In this document: positions 1 through 11,542 of the stretch, one piece after another
Numbering within the stretch: the stretch's first letter is position 1
How the letters are laid out: every line of letters starts with the position of its first letter
DNA from: Macrostomum hystrix
Lineage: Eukaryota > Animalia > Platyhelminthes
NCBI GenBank assembly: GCA_950097015.1
Contig: CATNEN010000003.1
Span: 12,276,001-12,340,000, forward strand
Direction: 5' to 3'
DNA length: 64,000 nucleotides
Notes under the pieces: generated by a model
What the model was told of the DNA's origin: nothing
The model's database searches: none
What the model saw: only the letters and a program-made list of their open reading frames with translations
Translations under genes and position numbers: made by a program

Positions 1-117
1 GTATTCTTTTTGCGTTGGTGTCGTATTTTTAGGTGTCGTAATTGTTCTTTTTTGTATTTCTGTAAAAAAATTCTCACTCATGTTTTTATTCCAATTTTTT
101 AAAAAGAGAAGGCAGGT

Positions 118-719
118 TGTAATAGGTCTATATTTTTCCGCATTATAGCTGGTGATGGTTTTCTTTTTATTTTCTCGCGCTACAAAATTTTATTACATAT
201 TTTATATACATATAGTATATTACATATTATAAATATTTTATATACTTTATATAGTTTAGTAAATATGCGTTATTAAAACAAAGTTGATAAATGCTATATA
301 AGCATGAAGTTTTTCGTGGTGATAATACAACTCGCCAGTGAGCCAAGAAAGGCAATATCTGAGTAAAAAGATCTTTTTGAATAAAGCAAAACGTGTTGTG
401 TTAGTTATTGAGGAAACACATTTAGTGCGAAACCGAGGATTGAGGTTGTGACCCTCTGATCCTGGAGAAACGCCCAGCAGAGACTGGAGAATAAGAGACC
501 AGTGCCTTAGAGGGATAAACCGCTCGTGCCAGTGCAGAAGCGCTACCTAGGAGAATCGCGCAACGTAAGAGTTGTGGTGTTAAAACGGCCCTTTTCAGGG
601 CCACCGAGTTAAAGACATACGGAGAACGTGAACAGTAGAGAAGGAGCTAAAAGAATAGAAGAGGCCAAAAGATACGCTACCAAGAAAGAGGGAAAAGTAG
701 AGAGACAAGCCCTGTTACA
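118..719 (+). mobile_element. Gypsy-type LTR (probably the 3' LTR of a related element extending left of the window)
   Basis: TGTAA...TTACA termini, preceded by the purine tract AAAAAGAGAAGGCAGG. Shares blocks with 6317-6700 (TGTGACCCTCTGATCC, AAACGCCCAGCA, GACTGGAGAATA, AAAAGTAGAGAGACAAGCCCTGTTACA) but is longer and diverged. Confidence 0.85.
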
Positions 720-1523
720 CCTAATCAGGATATTCAGGTGTGGCTCACCGCATTTGATCAAAGATGCGAGACAGAAGGAATTGATGTGGACCATCGAAAG
801 CAGGAATTGCTTGCCAACTTGGACTTGTCCACAGCATTTGCCTCTGTACAGAGAATGAACCTCCCAGAAAACCTTGACTACGAAGAATTCAAGGAGCGGA
901 TAGCAGAAAGATTCGGACGAACTGGAAGCCCAGCAGAATTCAGAGAAGAGTTTCGAGGAAGAATGCAAGGCAAGAATGAATCGGTAGAAGCCTATTCAGA
1001 TAGTCTGATTGAACTGGCTGCCAGAGCCTTCCCAAACATGACAATGGAGCAACGAGAAGATGAGCTGGTTGAGCAATACATCAAGGGAGCCAAGATATCC
1101 GCTGACATGAGGGAGAAACTAATCTTTGCGCAGCCTGCCAATCTACAGGAACTAAAGAGAATGCTTAGAAGGTTGGAAGCCGCCTGGAGCATGACACACA
1201 AAGGTGCCGGAGTAAGGATTACCAGAAATGGTGAAGAGGAAGAGGAGTCTCTAAGGGCAACAATTGTGAAGCAGAAGGAAGAAATTGAAAGACAGCAGAA
1301 ACTCTTGCAGGAGCTCACCAGCAAAATGGCTGAGAAACAGTACGTACCAAGGAAGCCATATGTACCTAAGTTCCTGCAACAGCAGAATACGCAGTACAAT
1401 GGGCCGCAATTCTTGAACCAGAACCGAACCTGCTTCAACTGCGGAAAACTCGGCCATATTGCCAGATTCTGTCCTATGAGGATGGGCAACGGTCAGCAGA
1501 ACTTCCAGAACCAGGGAAACTAA
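720..1523 (+). CDS. gag: Gypsy Gag, 5'-truncated (no ATG), with a CCHC zinc knuckle
   Basis: Retrotransposon gag-like motif (FRGRMQGKNESVEAY) and zinc knuckle CFNCGKLGHIARFC. The reading frame begins directly after the LTR end at 719. Confidence 0.9.
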   Translation, partial: PNQDIQVWLTAFDQRCETEGIDVDHRKQELLANLDLSTAFASVQRMNLPENLDYEEFKERIAERFGRTGSPAEFREEFRGRMQGKNESVEAYSDSLIELAARAFPNMTMEQREDELVEQYIKGAKISADMREKLIFAQPANLQELKRMLRRLEAAWSMTHKGAGVRITRNGEEEEESLRATIVKQKEEIERQQKLLQELTSKMAEKQYVPRKPYVPKFLQQQNTQYNGPQFLNQNRTCFNCGKLGHIARFCPMRMGNGQQNFQNQGN

Positions 1524-1587
1524 AATACGAGGGACGTAAGTCGAGGCCCCGTTCCTCCGGAAAATCCTTTAACAAATTCCAGGCCTC
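1514..1587 (+). promoter_or_regulatory. -1 programmed ribosomal frameshift signal (slippery heptamer plus putative pseudoknot)
   Basis: G GGA AAC directly before the gag TAA. An 8-nt spacer is followed by stem GAGGGACG/CGTTCCTC, and loop GAGGCC can pair with downstream GGCCTC. Confidence 0.8.
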
Positions 1588-4500
1588 AGAGTTTGTAAAT
1601 AGTGCGTATAAAATTGATAACCAACGTTTTGCTTGCAAGAAAAATAATTATTATTTCAACAAGTTTAATCAGCCGCGAGAAATGAGACAGCACCATGCGT
1701 ATGCACCCAGCACTGCAAAAATGCAAGCACATGCAAAAGCACCAGTTACACCATGTGAAACAAGTCAGAAAGCCGCTAGCAAAGAAATTAAAAGTGAGTC
1801 ACCCATTGAGACGATCAGAATCCCAGAGCCGGTCAAGAAAGGTCAGGAAGCAATTGTGAATGGAAAGATACGAAAGCGAGATATTATGTTTTTGATAGAC
1901 ACAGGAGCCGGAAACAACTTCTTAAGTAGGAGTTCATGGAAGAGAGTGGTTTGTGACGACGAGATAGAACCATGCAATTTGAGAGTCACCACGTTTGACG
2001 GATCAGTTGTGTCACTTAGAGGTGAAGCAATGCTTAAAGTGAAGTTCGGAGAAATTGAGATTGAGACAAGATTTCTTCTGTGTGACCACGACTGTGACGA
2101 CATCCTTGGAATGGACTTTCTCACAGACTACTGTGATGGTATCAATTTCAGTAAAGGAGTCTTGGTACTGAAAGATGGGATCTGCATCCCAATTCAGTTC
2201 ACAAGATTACCTGTTCGAATTCGACGAGTCTATTGCCAGAATCAGATCACGATACCAGCGAATAGTGCTTTGAAAGTGCCAATCCGATTGGGAGAAAATG
2301 CCGAAGCTAATTACGGTACTCCCATGGTGATTGAGACTAATGACGGCTATATTGCAGCCAAAGGTTATGATCTGGAGCTAGTACCAGCATTAGTAACCTT
2401 GAACGAAGGAGTTGGAGTCATAGAACTAGTCAATAAACAGAACAGAGAAGTCAAAGTGAAAGGAGCAGCTCTTATTGGCTATGCCAAGCCATTAACAGCG
2501 AAGAACTTGAATTATTTTGTTAATTCAATCAATTCGAGTCAAAATACCGGACAAGTCAATGCTGTAAAGAGAGAGGAAGCCTCAAAGGACATTGATAAAT
2601 GGATCAAGGAGGTTAACATCGGAGAGATGAATTCGGAACTAAAGGAACAAGTTATACAATTGCTGAAAGAGAACAGAGCAGCGTTCTCTCAGACCGAGCA
2701 AGATATGGGTCTGACACATTTGGTGACGCATGAAATTGCTCTTAAAGATACTACGCCAGTCAGAATACCGACTCGCAGAATTCCGCCTCATTTGCAAAAA
2801 CAGGTGGATGATTTGCTTGATGACATGCTGGCCAAAAACCTGATTAGGCCATGTTATAGCACCTATTCGACACCCTTGGTCATAGTACCAAAGAAGGATG
2901 GTACAATAAGGATCGTGAGTGACTTTCGAGTACTGAATTCTCGTGTGGAGTACTATCCGTATCCGTTACCTAATATTCAGGAGACATTCTCTCACCTTAC
3001 TGGAAGTCAGTATTTCAGCAGTTTAGACCTTAACTCTGGATACTGGCAAGTCCCAATTAAAGAAGAACACAAACATATGACTGCATTCTCGACATTAACT
3101 AGGGGCCAGTTTGAGTACCAAGTAATGGCTCAAGGCTTGTCAAATGCACCTGGAACCTTCCAGAGGTTGATGAACCTTGTGTTGATCGGCATTCAACACA
3201 AGTTCGCGATGTCGTACATCGACGATATCGTTACTTACTCGAAGGAATTCGATGAACATCTGTGTCACCTACGAGAAGTGTTCCGGAGATTATCCGAAGC
3301 TGGACTGAAATTGAGACCAAGAAAATGTAATCTCTTTCAAGAAGAACTGAAATATCTAGGCCACATAGTAGGCCGAAATGGAATTCGAACAGATCCGGCC
3401 AAAATCGAAGCCATCCGATCATGGCCTACTCCGCAAGACGTCAAGGAATTAAGAAGTTTCTTGGGCCTATGCAACTACTATTGTAGATTCGTTAAGGACT
3501 ATGCCGAAGCAGCGCATCCGCTGTTTCAGTTAACCAAAAAGGGTATAACGAACTTTAAGGAGAAATGGAACTCGAAACATGACGAGGCGTTTGCACTTCT
3601 AAAGCAGAAAATGATGTCCACCGATGTGTTGGCTTATCCCGAATTCTCAGAATATGAAAATGTCAAAATGGTGTTAGACACTGATGCATCCGAAGGAAGG
3701 ATAGGAGCCTGTCTGGGACAAATCCAGGCAGATGGAGTAGAAAGACCAATTGCCTATTTCAGCAGGGCAATGACGGAATCTGAAAAACGATATCCGATAA
3801 CACGAAAGGAATTGCTCGCCTTGGTGGATGGTATGAAACACTTCCGATTCTATTTGATCGGGAAGAAGTTCTTGGCACGTACCGACCACAAAGCGATCCT
3901 GTGGCTACTACGTCAAACAGAAGCCCAGGGTATTTTAGGAAGGTGGATTGAACGGTTGAGTGAGTTTCAGTACGAGATCCAGCATAGAAGCGGAGCTAAG
4001 CATAGCAATGCAGACAGCTTGTCTAGAAGACCATCGGAAATTAAAGAGGCTTCTGAAGCAAAGATTAACCAAAGTCAAATCACTGGACGAGCCATGATGA
4101 GTCAGAGCTGTCAGACAGACAGTGGCATCGATACAGATGATGATGATGCGAATGAAATTTTCGTGGACGCAAGAGACTATTTCGAAGATGAGGAATTGGA
4201 AGAGACAACGGCATGCCGAAAATTATTAACAGATTTCCTGTCAGTACCACTGACGAAGGAACAGCTGGTTATTGCACAGAGAGAGGATCAGGACGTTAAA
4301 ATCCTGATTGAGTGGAAGGAACAAGGAATACTGAGGCCAGAATTACCCACAGGGGCTAGCCACAAGCTGAAAAAGATGATCAAATCATACGAGCAGATGA
4401 AGATTGAGGATGGAATGTTAACCATCGTGACTGACGGTACCCGGAAAGTAGTACTTCCGAGTGGAATAGAAAAAGAGGTCCTCCGAGAATTGCATGACAG

Positions 4501-6130
4501 TCCTTTAGCAGGACATCTTGGACGAGATAAAACCGTACAAAAGGTACGAGAGCGATTCTGGAAACCTGGCCTAGTTACTACTGTAGAGAATTATGTGGCC
4601 GAGTGCATCCCATGCCTTGAGAGTAAAGCAGGTAATAAGGTGAAGGCACCGGTGCAAACATTTCCTGTGTGCGAGGCATTCCATCGCCTACACATTGACC
4701 TGATTGGGCCGATTTCTAAAGAAAGCCGACGAGGACACAAGTACGTGCTAACAGTCATCGACAGCACTACTAAGTTCCCGTTTGCATTTCCAATCAGGAA
4801 TCAAAAGTCGGACACAGTTATTAAACTCCTACAAGAAAGAATTTTTAGCGAGTATGGTCAGTGCCGTTGGATCCACACTGACAATGGGAAAACTTTTGTG
4901 AGCCGTCAGTTCCAGGCGTTTTGTACATTGTATGGTATCAAGCATACCTGCACGACTCCATATCATGCGCAAAGCAACGGCCTTGTAGAAAGATTTAACC
5001 GTCAGATAAAGTCCATCATCACCTGTCTAGTTGAGAAAGACCACTCCGACTGGGACCTGTTGATCCCAGCAGCTTTAGTGGCTGTTCGAACGAGTGTAAA
5101 TCAGACAACGGGATTCACTCCACATTATCTATTGTTCGGACGTGAGGCGGAGTTGCCAATAGACAGTGTTGTCAAAAGGCCCAGATTGTACTACGACTAT
5201 CCTAGCTATGTAGCTGATCATGCTAAAAGAATTGAGGAGATGCAGAAGGTGGTTCAGAAGAAATTAGAAAAGGTGCGAGACCGTCGGGAGCAGGCTGCTG
5301 AGACAGTGATCACCAAGGCCGTGCCAATCGGCGGTCTCGTATTGATAAACAATCCACAGTTGCATGGTGACGAGAGTCATAAATTTCACCGAAAGAAGAG
5401 AGCCTCTTACAGAGTGTTAGCTAAGCTTTCGGATACAGTTTTCCGAGTTCAAAAAGAGGAGGATGGAAAACTAATCGGTGCCATGCTGCTGGTACACCGG
5501 AATAATCTGACTCCTGTACCGAACTCGGTCAAAGCTACGGATATGACCATAAGTTCTGACGTAGAGAAGAGAGAACAAACAGATAAGGGAAGGCAGGAGA
5601 CTGCTCAGAAGACCAAAAAGAGAAGGGAAGCGCAACCTAGGATGGTAAAAAGGCCAATCCAGGAAATCGAGCAAGAAGAAAGCTCTGACTCAGAGGAGGA
5701 AATAATCCAATGGAGAGCCCGCAAAGGGACAGACATAAGTGGGAGTGAGGTTGAGGAAACTGATGGAGGCCCAGACACGGAATCTGGAAGTTCGGCAGAA
5801 GAACTTATGGAAGACTCTGAAACGGAAACGGAAGAAGAGTTAGAAGAGTCGGAAGAAGATAGTGAAGAAGAACCTGAAGCGGAGCCATCAGGCCATAATG
5901 CTGTAGAGGAACCAGCCCGTGAGGAGGAAGCTGAGGACCGAGCGGATGCAGCCAGCGAAGCGGCGGCACCACTTCAGTGGCGAGAGGTGCGGTACAACCT
6001 GCGGCCAAGAAAATGCCCAGTCATCAATGAGCCAGTAGGTCCGACACCTGTCACGAATCACCGGGAGGCACCGCGTAAGCCTAACAAGTATGGCTTTGTG
6101 CCAAGGAAGCGGTACTCCCACTACCAGTGA
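1520..6130 (+). CDS. pol: Gypsy Pol (aspartic protease, RT, RNase H, integrase, acidic C-terminal tail), entered by -1 frameshift
   Basis: LIDTGA protease, YIDD RT, DAS...TDH RNase H, H..GH...C..C zinc finger and HIDL/TDNG/ERFN integrase. The -1 frame is open from 1520 through the ATG at 1682. Confidence 0.96.
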   Translation, partial: LKYEGRKSRPRSSGKSFNKFQASEFVNSAYKIDNQRFACKKNNYYFNKFNQPREMRQHHAYAPSTAKMQAHAKAPVTPCETSQKAASKEIKSESPIETIRIPEPVKKGQEAIVNGKIRKRDIMFLIDTGAGNNFLSRSSWKRVVCDDEIEPCNLRVTTFDGSVVSLRGEAMLKVKFGEIEIETRFLLCDHDCDDILGMDFLTDYCDGINFSKGVLVLKDGICIPIQFTRLPVRIRRVYCQNQITIPANSALKVPIRLGENAEANYGTPMVIETNDGYIAAKGYDLELVPALVTLNEGVGVIELVNKQNREVKVKGAALIGYAKPLTAKNLNYFVNSINSSQNTGQVNAVKREEASKDIDKWIKEVNIGEMNSELKEQVIQLLKENRAAFSQTEQDMGLTHLVTHEIALKDTTPVRIPTRRIPPHLQKQVDDLLDDMLAKNLIRPCYSTYSTPLVIVPKKDGTIRIVSDFRVLNSRVEYYPYPLPNIQETFSHLTGSQYFSSLDLNSGYWQVPIKEEHKHMTAFSTLTRGQFEYQVMAQGLSNAPGTFQRLMNLVLIGIQHKFAMSYIDDIVTYSKEFDEHLCHLREVFRRLSEAGLKLRPRKCNLFQEELKYLGHIVGRNGIRTDPAKIEAIRSWPTPQDVKELRSFLGLCNYYCRFVKDYAEAAHPLFQLTKKGITNFKEKWNSKHDEAFALLKQKMMSTDVLAYPEFSEYENVKMVLDTDASEGRIGACLGQIQADGVERPIAYFSRAMTESEKRYPITRKELLALVDGMKHFRFYLIGKKFLARTDHKAILWLLRQTEAQGILGRWIERLSEFQYEIQHRSGAKHSNADSLSRRPSEIKEASEAKINQSQITGRAMMSQSCQTDSGIDTDDDDANEIFVDARDYFEDEELEETTACRKLLTDFLSVPLTKEQLVIAQREDQDVKILIEWKEQGILRPELPTGASHKLKKMIKSYEQMKIEDGMLTIVTDGTRKVVLPSGIEKEVLRELHDSPLAGHLGRDKTVQKVRERFWKPGLVTTVENYVAECIPCLESKAGNKVKAPVQTFPVCEAFHRLHIDLIGPISKESRRGHKYVLTVIDSTTKFPFAFPIRNQKSDTVIKLLQERIFSEYGQCRWIHTDNGKTFVSRQFQAFCTLYGIKHTCTTPYHAQSNGLVERFNRQIKSIITCLVEKDHSDWDLLIPAALVAVRTSVNQTTGFTPHYLLFGREAELPIDSVVKRPRLYYDYPSYVADHAKRIEEMQKVVQKKLEKVRDRREQAAETVITKAVPIGGLVLINNPQLHGDESHKFHRKKRASYRVLAKLSDTVFRVQKEEDGKLIGAMLLVHRNNLTPVPNSVKATDMTISSDVEKREQTDKGRQETAQKTKKRREAQPRMVKRPIQEIEQEESSDSEEEIIQWRARKGTDISGSEVEETDGGPDTESGSSAEELMEDSETETEEELEESEEDSEEEPEAEPSGHNAVEEPAREEEAEDRADAASEAAAPLQWREVRYNLRPRKCPVINEPVGPTPVTNHREAPRKPNKYGFVPRKRYSHYQ

Positions 6131-6316
6131 TGGCAGCAGCAGCAGCGGCGGCAGTGACAGCGGCGGCAGCAGCAGCGGCGAAGAAGCAGAGGCAACGGGA
6201 CTGAGGACGGTGACCTGATGCTACATAAAGTAAAATTGACTCATGCGGCTTAAATAACATTATTACTAAAAATATCACTCATGCTTTATTCAATTTTTAT
6301 TTTAGGGAAGGCAAGT

Positions 6317-6700
6317 TGTAGTAGGGATGCTTTTATTATTTCTTTAAAGTCAAATTCGTGCCTATGCTTTTTGTTTGAATGCGCAAAATATTTTTTATAT
6401 GTAATATATTTTAAATATTTTGTCAAATTCGTTTACTTTAACAAACATTTTCTTATGTGTATATAAACGAGTGTAATTCAGTTGAGACAAATCAACGTGC
6501 CAGTGTGGCGAAAAGCAAATAAGCTATTACTGAAGAAGAAAAGTGTTGAGTTGGTTATTTGAGGCTGTGACCCTCTGATCCACAGAAAACGCCCAGCAAA
6601 GACTGGAGAATAGTAAGCCAGTGCCTTAGAAGGTTAAACCGCTCGTGCCGAGTGATACGCTACCATTAGAGAGAAAAGTAGAGAGACAAGCCCTGTTACA
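6317..6700 (+). repeat. 3' LTR
   Basis: TG...CA termini after the polypurine tract; homologous to 118-719. Confidence 0.88.
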
Positions 6701-9047
6701 ATAATAAAGTGCCATATGTCATTAGAGACATCTATGTACCCTTCATGATATGATATAACATTTGCGGTTTTACAGAATACACATCCTGAGAATTTTACAT
6801 TTCCCCGACGTAGATCCGATGAGTCAAACTGCTTACTCAAAAAAATCTGTTTTTTACATTTTAGTTTTTCGGTAGTTGAATAGAGATAGTATGTAGTGTG
6901 CCTATAGTTTTATGAAAGCACATAAATATATATTTCGTTTGCAAGAGGATTTAGCACTGAATATGCTACCACTAATTTTTTACTGACAAATTTAGGTCAA
7001 GAGGTCTGACGTAGATCCGATGAGTTAAGTTTTGTGAGACACTTATAAAAGCCACAAAGTAAGTAGATATAGCTGAATTATAATAGAAATTATGTTTCCT
7101 AATGCTTATTTTAGTTATATATTGCCATATAAAAGAACAACGACGTCTTGAACACAAACGCTTTTGACAAGGGAAAGTCTTAATCTTTGACTAACATGTG
7201 TGAGACATGGTGCTTTTACAGACTTTCATGATTTCTAGTGATTTAAAAATATGTAAACAAATGGAATTTATAACAAAGCTTTAGTGCCCCACATAGGGAA
7301 ACATCGATAGAACACAAATGGTTCAACAGGACAGCTTCAAATTACATTATAAAATATATTTTTTGAAAAGACATGTTTTTTCAGTACTGTGGCAATCCCG
7401 TGAGAATCACCCCATTACGTAAAACTTAAAAAATTTACTAATGCATTGATACTGAAACGAATTAAAAATTAAGAAAGAGTAGGGGCCTATATAAAAATCT
7501 ATATTAACAAATCTTTTTTTAAGTAAAATACAGTTTTTTTACTTTGCAAATTTTTTGGTTGAAATTTTCTTATTCTTTTTTTCAATTGTTGTTTATTGTG
7601 TTTTCCAAGTGTAGGCCTATCCCATTAAAATTTTATGTAGAATATGATATAATCAAACCATTTTATTTTACTTTAGGGGAATCTCCTGGAAGCATGTTTC
7701 TCTAATGTATCCCTTTATGCATTTCAGATGGCTTTTGCAATTGACTATAAATAGTAAATTGATGTCTATACAACATCTATTTGTTAAGCTATAGAATAGG
7801 TATGGTTTTGCCACTTTATTTAAAGCCAAATGAGTTTTATGTTGTAAACAAATAAACATGTCTTGTCAGCATAGTAATCCTATTCAATGTAAAATGGAAA
7901 TTTAATACTTTATATAACTGAGTGTTAATAGAATATATATATATTCCATAGTGTAGATAATGAAAAAATGAACTATATGCTTTTGGAATTTTTAAAATCC
8001 ATTATAAAATAAAAAAGTTATTGCATTTTTTTTGTTTTTTAAGTCAAATCTATCCGGTCATCTGGATCACAGCCCCTTATAGGAAAAATATATTACAAAA
8101 ACAACTAAAATGTTGATCAGAAAATTGTTATAACTTATTTATTACTTGACCACTTTTGATGAGTGTGGTGTCTTTTAACTCAGACAAGCAAGATCTGTAA
8201 CACAATAAAACCAAAACTATGGAATTTATATTTTTAATTTCTTACTGGAGCCCTTATTACTGTTTGTTTTTTAAGTAGGTAGCTACTAGCTAGTTATATT
8301 TTAGCCATTATCTAGATGATGCTGGCAATATGCCAGAAACAAATTGGCAATTATTTTTTGGCCTCATTAGAAAAAGTTGTCAGCACAATTTAAATATCTA
8401 TTCTCTTTCAGTGATCAACAGTTTACCATTTTCCTATAGCTAGGCTATGTTTGTTACTCTGCCATTTTCTATAATTCTACCATTTTTTAAGATTGACCAG
8501 ATATACCATGTTGAATATGATTATGCCTATTGAGGAACCAATAGGCCTAATTAGCAAATGTTCTATTTTTTCAGGTGGCACAAAATACAAACTAATGCTT
8601 TCTGGATAAAAAACTTATACAGATTATGTACCTCCCTAGTAGCAGAAAGCCAATATCTTCTAGCAATGAATAAATGCCCTCTTAATAGCAAAGATCTAAT
8701 ACCTCCCAGCAGGCAACCAATTATAATTTCATTTTTATTCTTGTTATATTACTTTGTAGTTTTTAGGACTTTGCAATCTAATAATTAGTCTTAGTCAGTA
8801 TTGTAAGCACCAACTTTTGCCTTGCCTTGCAAAACTTTTTACCCAAAAGCCCTAATAGACAAAAAATCTAAGTAAGCATTTAAACTTACTACAGTCAAAG
8901 TGACTAAGTTATGTGTTTTTGGCAAATTATATTAACCTTTTACTAACTCAAAATCTAGCAAACAATAATAAGCTTTTGTTAGTATCACTAGATACTTTTT
9001 GTACTTTTCTATACTGTACTTAAATTTAGGAACATATTGTCAGATTG

Positions 9048-9130
9048 TCCTAATGATGAATATAGCTTTTTGGGTGAGCCCTATATTGCCTTATTTGGGC
9101 TATGAACAATGTCATAGTTACACTGAAATA
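9048..9130 (+). ncRNA. SNORD46: box C/D snoRNA, SNORD46/snR63-like copy 1 (in WIPI intron)
   Basis: C box ATGATGA at 9053, guide GTCATAGTTAC antisense to 28S GUAACUAUGAC, D box CTGA at 9123, internal GCCC/GGGC hairpin. Confidence 0.85.
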
Positions 9131-9210
9131 TTTTCTAATCAAGTGGTTGTGTCTGAGACAACATGGATGTCTGAGTTGCAATAATTAGTTCATGCATTTA
9201 TTCCATTCAG

Positions 9211-11126
9211 GTTGTTTCGCTTGTGGCATGCGCAATGGATTTCGCATCTACAATACAGAGCCATTAAAGGAGAAGGAGCGACAAGACTTTCCTGCCGATG
9301 GAAGCAGTGGCGGTGAAGGTGTGCGCCTAATTGAAATGCTCTACAGATGCAACTATGTTGGCCTAGCATTCTCTAGCAATTCTCGCTATCCGCCTAATAA
9401 AGCTGTCATCTGGGACGATGTCAAAAAGAAATTTGTTATCGAGCTAGAGTTTGCTAGCGAAGTTTTAGCTATCCGATTAAGAAGAGAGAAGTGAGTGAGC
9501 TGAGTTTGTTCCTGTCCACTGTTCTGTCATTTGTTATGCTTATAGTTGTTGCTGTATTTCCATTCCTTCACAATCCACAGTAGGTTGCAACATTCCTTCA
9601 CAATCCACATTGGGTTGTAACATTCCTTCACAATCCACATTGGGTTGCAACATTCCTTCACAATCCACAGCACAGGTTGCAACATTCCTTCACAATCCAC
9701 AGTAGGTTGCAACATTCCTTCACAATCCACAGCACAGGTTGCAACATTTCTTCACAATCCACAGCACAGGTTGCAACATTCCTTCACAATCCACAGCACA
9801 GGTTGCAACATTCCTTCACAATCCACAGCACAGGTTGCAACATTCCTTCACAATCCACAGCACAGGTTGCAACATTCCTTCATAATCCACAGTAGGTTGC
9901 AACATTCCTTCACAATCTAAAGTAGTTTGCAACATTCCCTCACAATCTAAAGTAGTTTGCAACATTCCCTCACAATCCACAGATGGTTGCAACATTCCCT
10001 CACAATCCACAGATGGTTGCAACATTCCCTCACAATCCACAGTAGGTTGCAACATTCCCTCACAATCTAAAGTAGTTTGCAACATTCCCTCACAATCCAC
10101 AGATGGTTGCAACATTCCCTCACAATCCACAGATGGTTGCAACATTCCCTCACAATCCACAGTAGGTTGCAACATTCCCTCACAATCCACAGTAGGTTGC
10201 AACATTCCCTCACAATCCACAGTAGGTTGCAACATTCCCTCACAATCCACAGTAGGTTGCAACATTCCCTCACAATCCACAGTAGGTTGCAACATTCCCT
10301 CACAATCCACAGTAGGTTGCAACATTCCTTCACAATCCAGAATTGTCGTAGCCTTGCACACAGCCGTGAAAGTGTTCAGCTTCACCCAGCCGCCCAGCCT
10401 ACTGCACGTATTCGAGTCCAGCCCGAATCCGTCTGGCCTATTGGCGCTCTGCCCCTCGTCGGATCGTCAGATTCTGGCTTTCCCAGGCCGCATCGTTGGC
10501 TCCGTTGCACTAGCTGATCTAGGCCAACCCGAGCAGGCTAAGCCGTCTCCGTCTGCCGGTTTGTTTCACGCGCACGAAGGCCGACTAGCCGCACTGAGTG
10601 TTAATAATAGCGGCACTTTATTAGCTACAGCCTCTGAGAAGGGTACACTAATACGCGTTTTTCAATTAGACCAGCAACAGCCAGCGCCGCAATTATTGCA
10701 CGAATTGCGCCGCGGTTCTCAGCCTGCTAGAATCTATTGCGTAACATTTAGCGCTGATAGCGGCTTACTCTGCGTCGCCTCGGACCGTGGCACTGTTCAT
10801 GTTTTCCGATTAGATTATCACGATCAGCGGCATCATAGATCTCAGCTGGACTCTCATCAGAGGCATCCATCTTTAGAGTCCTCCCCGGCTACTGCTGCTG
10901 GTACTGTTGCCAAGTTTTTTAGTCAGGTGACTAGTGTAGCTAGATTACCCATTCAGCCGGATGTGCACACTCTGTGCGCTTTTGGTCAGGATAATCTGGG
11001 AAGAACTTGTTCGCTCATTGGTGAGTGTTCGGAATTGATTGGTTTGTTTAAATTGAAAATCATCCAGAAACTTTGTTAACAGGCCTAGTTATGCCGGGAA
11101 AATATTTGAAATTTGCCGCTTATTAG
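9211..11126 (+). CDS. WDR45B: WIPI3/WIPI4-type PROPPIN (WD repeat phosphoinositide-interacting protein); first exon not located
   Basis: Exons 9211-9490, 10341-11020 and 11083-11126, with GT-AG junctions in consistent phase. Motifs GCFACGMRNGFRIYNTEPLKEK, LATASEKGTLIRVF, ELRRG, SDRGTVHVF. WDR45B versus WDR45 is not resolved. Confidence 0.9.
9560..10338. repeat. 30-32 bp minisatellite filling a WIPI intron
   Basis: Unit AACATTCCYTCACAATCCACAGTAGGTTGC, roughly 25 copies. Confidence 0.97.
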
Positions 11127-11216
11127 GTGTAAATTTTCGTGTAAAACAAACTTTAATGGTCGATATTTATTGATTATTATGCATATAGCTAGGCATTTAC
11201 TCATAAATTAAAACAG

Positions 11217-11308
11217 GAGTCTTAATGATGAAAATCTAATATTCTAATGGAGCCCTGTTTATAACTTTTTTGGGCTGTGATCGTTGTCATAGTTACACTG
11301 AAAGACTC
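11217..11308 (+). ncRNA. SNORD46: box C/D snoRNA, SNORD46-like copy 2
   Basis: Terminal stem GAGTCTT/AAGACTC, C box ATGATGA, TTGTCATAGTTACA-CTGA. Confidence 0.9.
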
Positions 11309-11542
11309 TGTTTTATGTTTTTTTGTATTTATATTTATATAAAGATATGTATATATATATATCAGATCGTATTTTTATTACTTTTATTACTTTTATTACT
11401 TTTATATGTTATTAGTTATTACACTTATATCCTCTTTAAGCCAAAAAGGCAGCATTTTTCGTTCAAATAGATTGAAATTTTAGGCCTGCAACTGTCACGA
11501 ATTGGGGCTGAAAATTGACTATTTTTTGGTTGATATCAATTC

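Larger units (their letters stand above)
720..6700 (+). mobile_element. Ty3/Gypsy LTR retrotransposon body plus 3' LTR
   Basis: gag followed by pol in PR-RT-RH-IN order. Polypurine tract AGGGAAGGCAAG at about 6304-6315. LTR at 6317-6700 (TGTAG...TTACA). Confidence 0.95.

Noticed and set aside
6808-7026. Direct repeat GACGTAGATCCGATGAGT at about 6808 and 7008
   Set aside because: Likely subterminal repeats of an old DNA transposon; no termini or RNA motif could be defined.
8159-8200. Candidate WIPI first exon MSVVSFNSDK
   Set aside because: It resembles the FNQD motif, but I found no donor in the phase needed to join 9211. Left unresolved.
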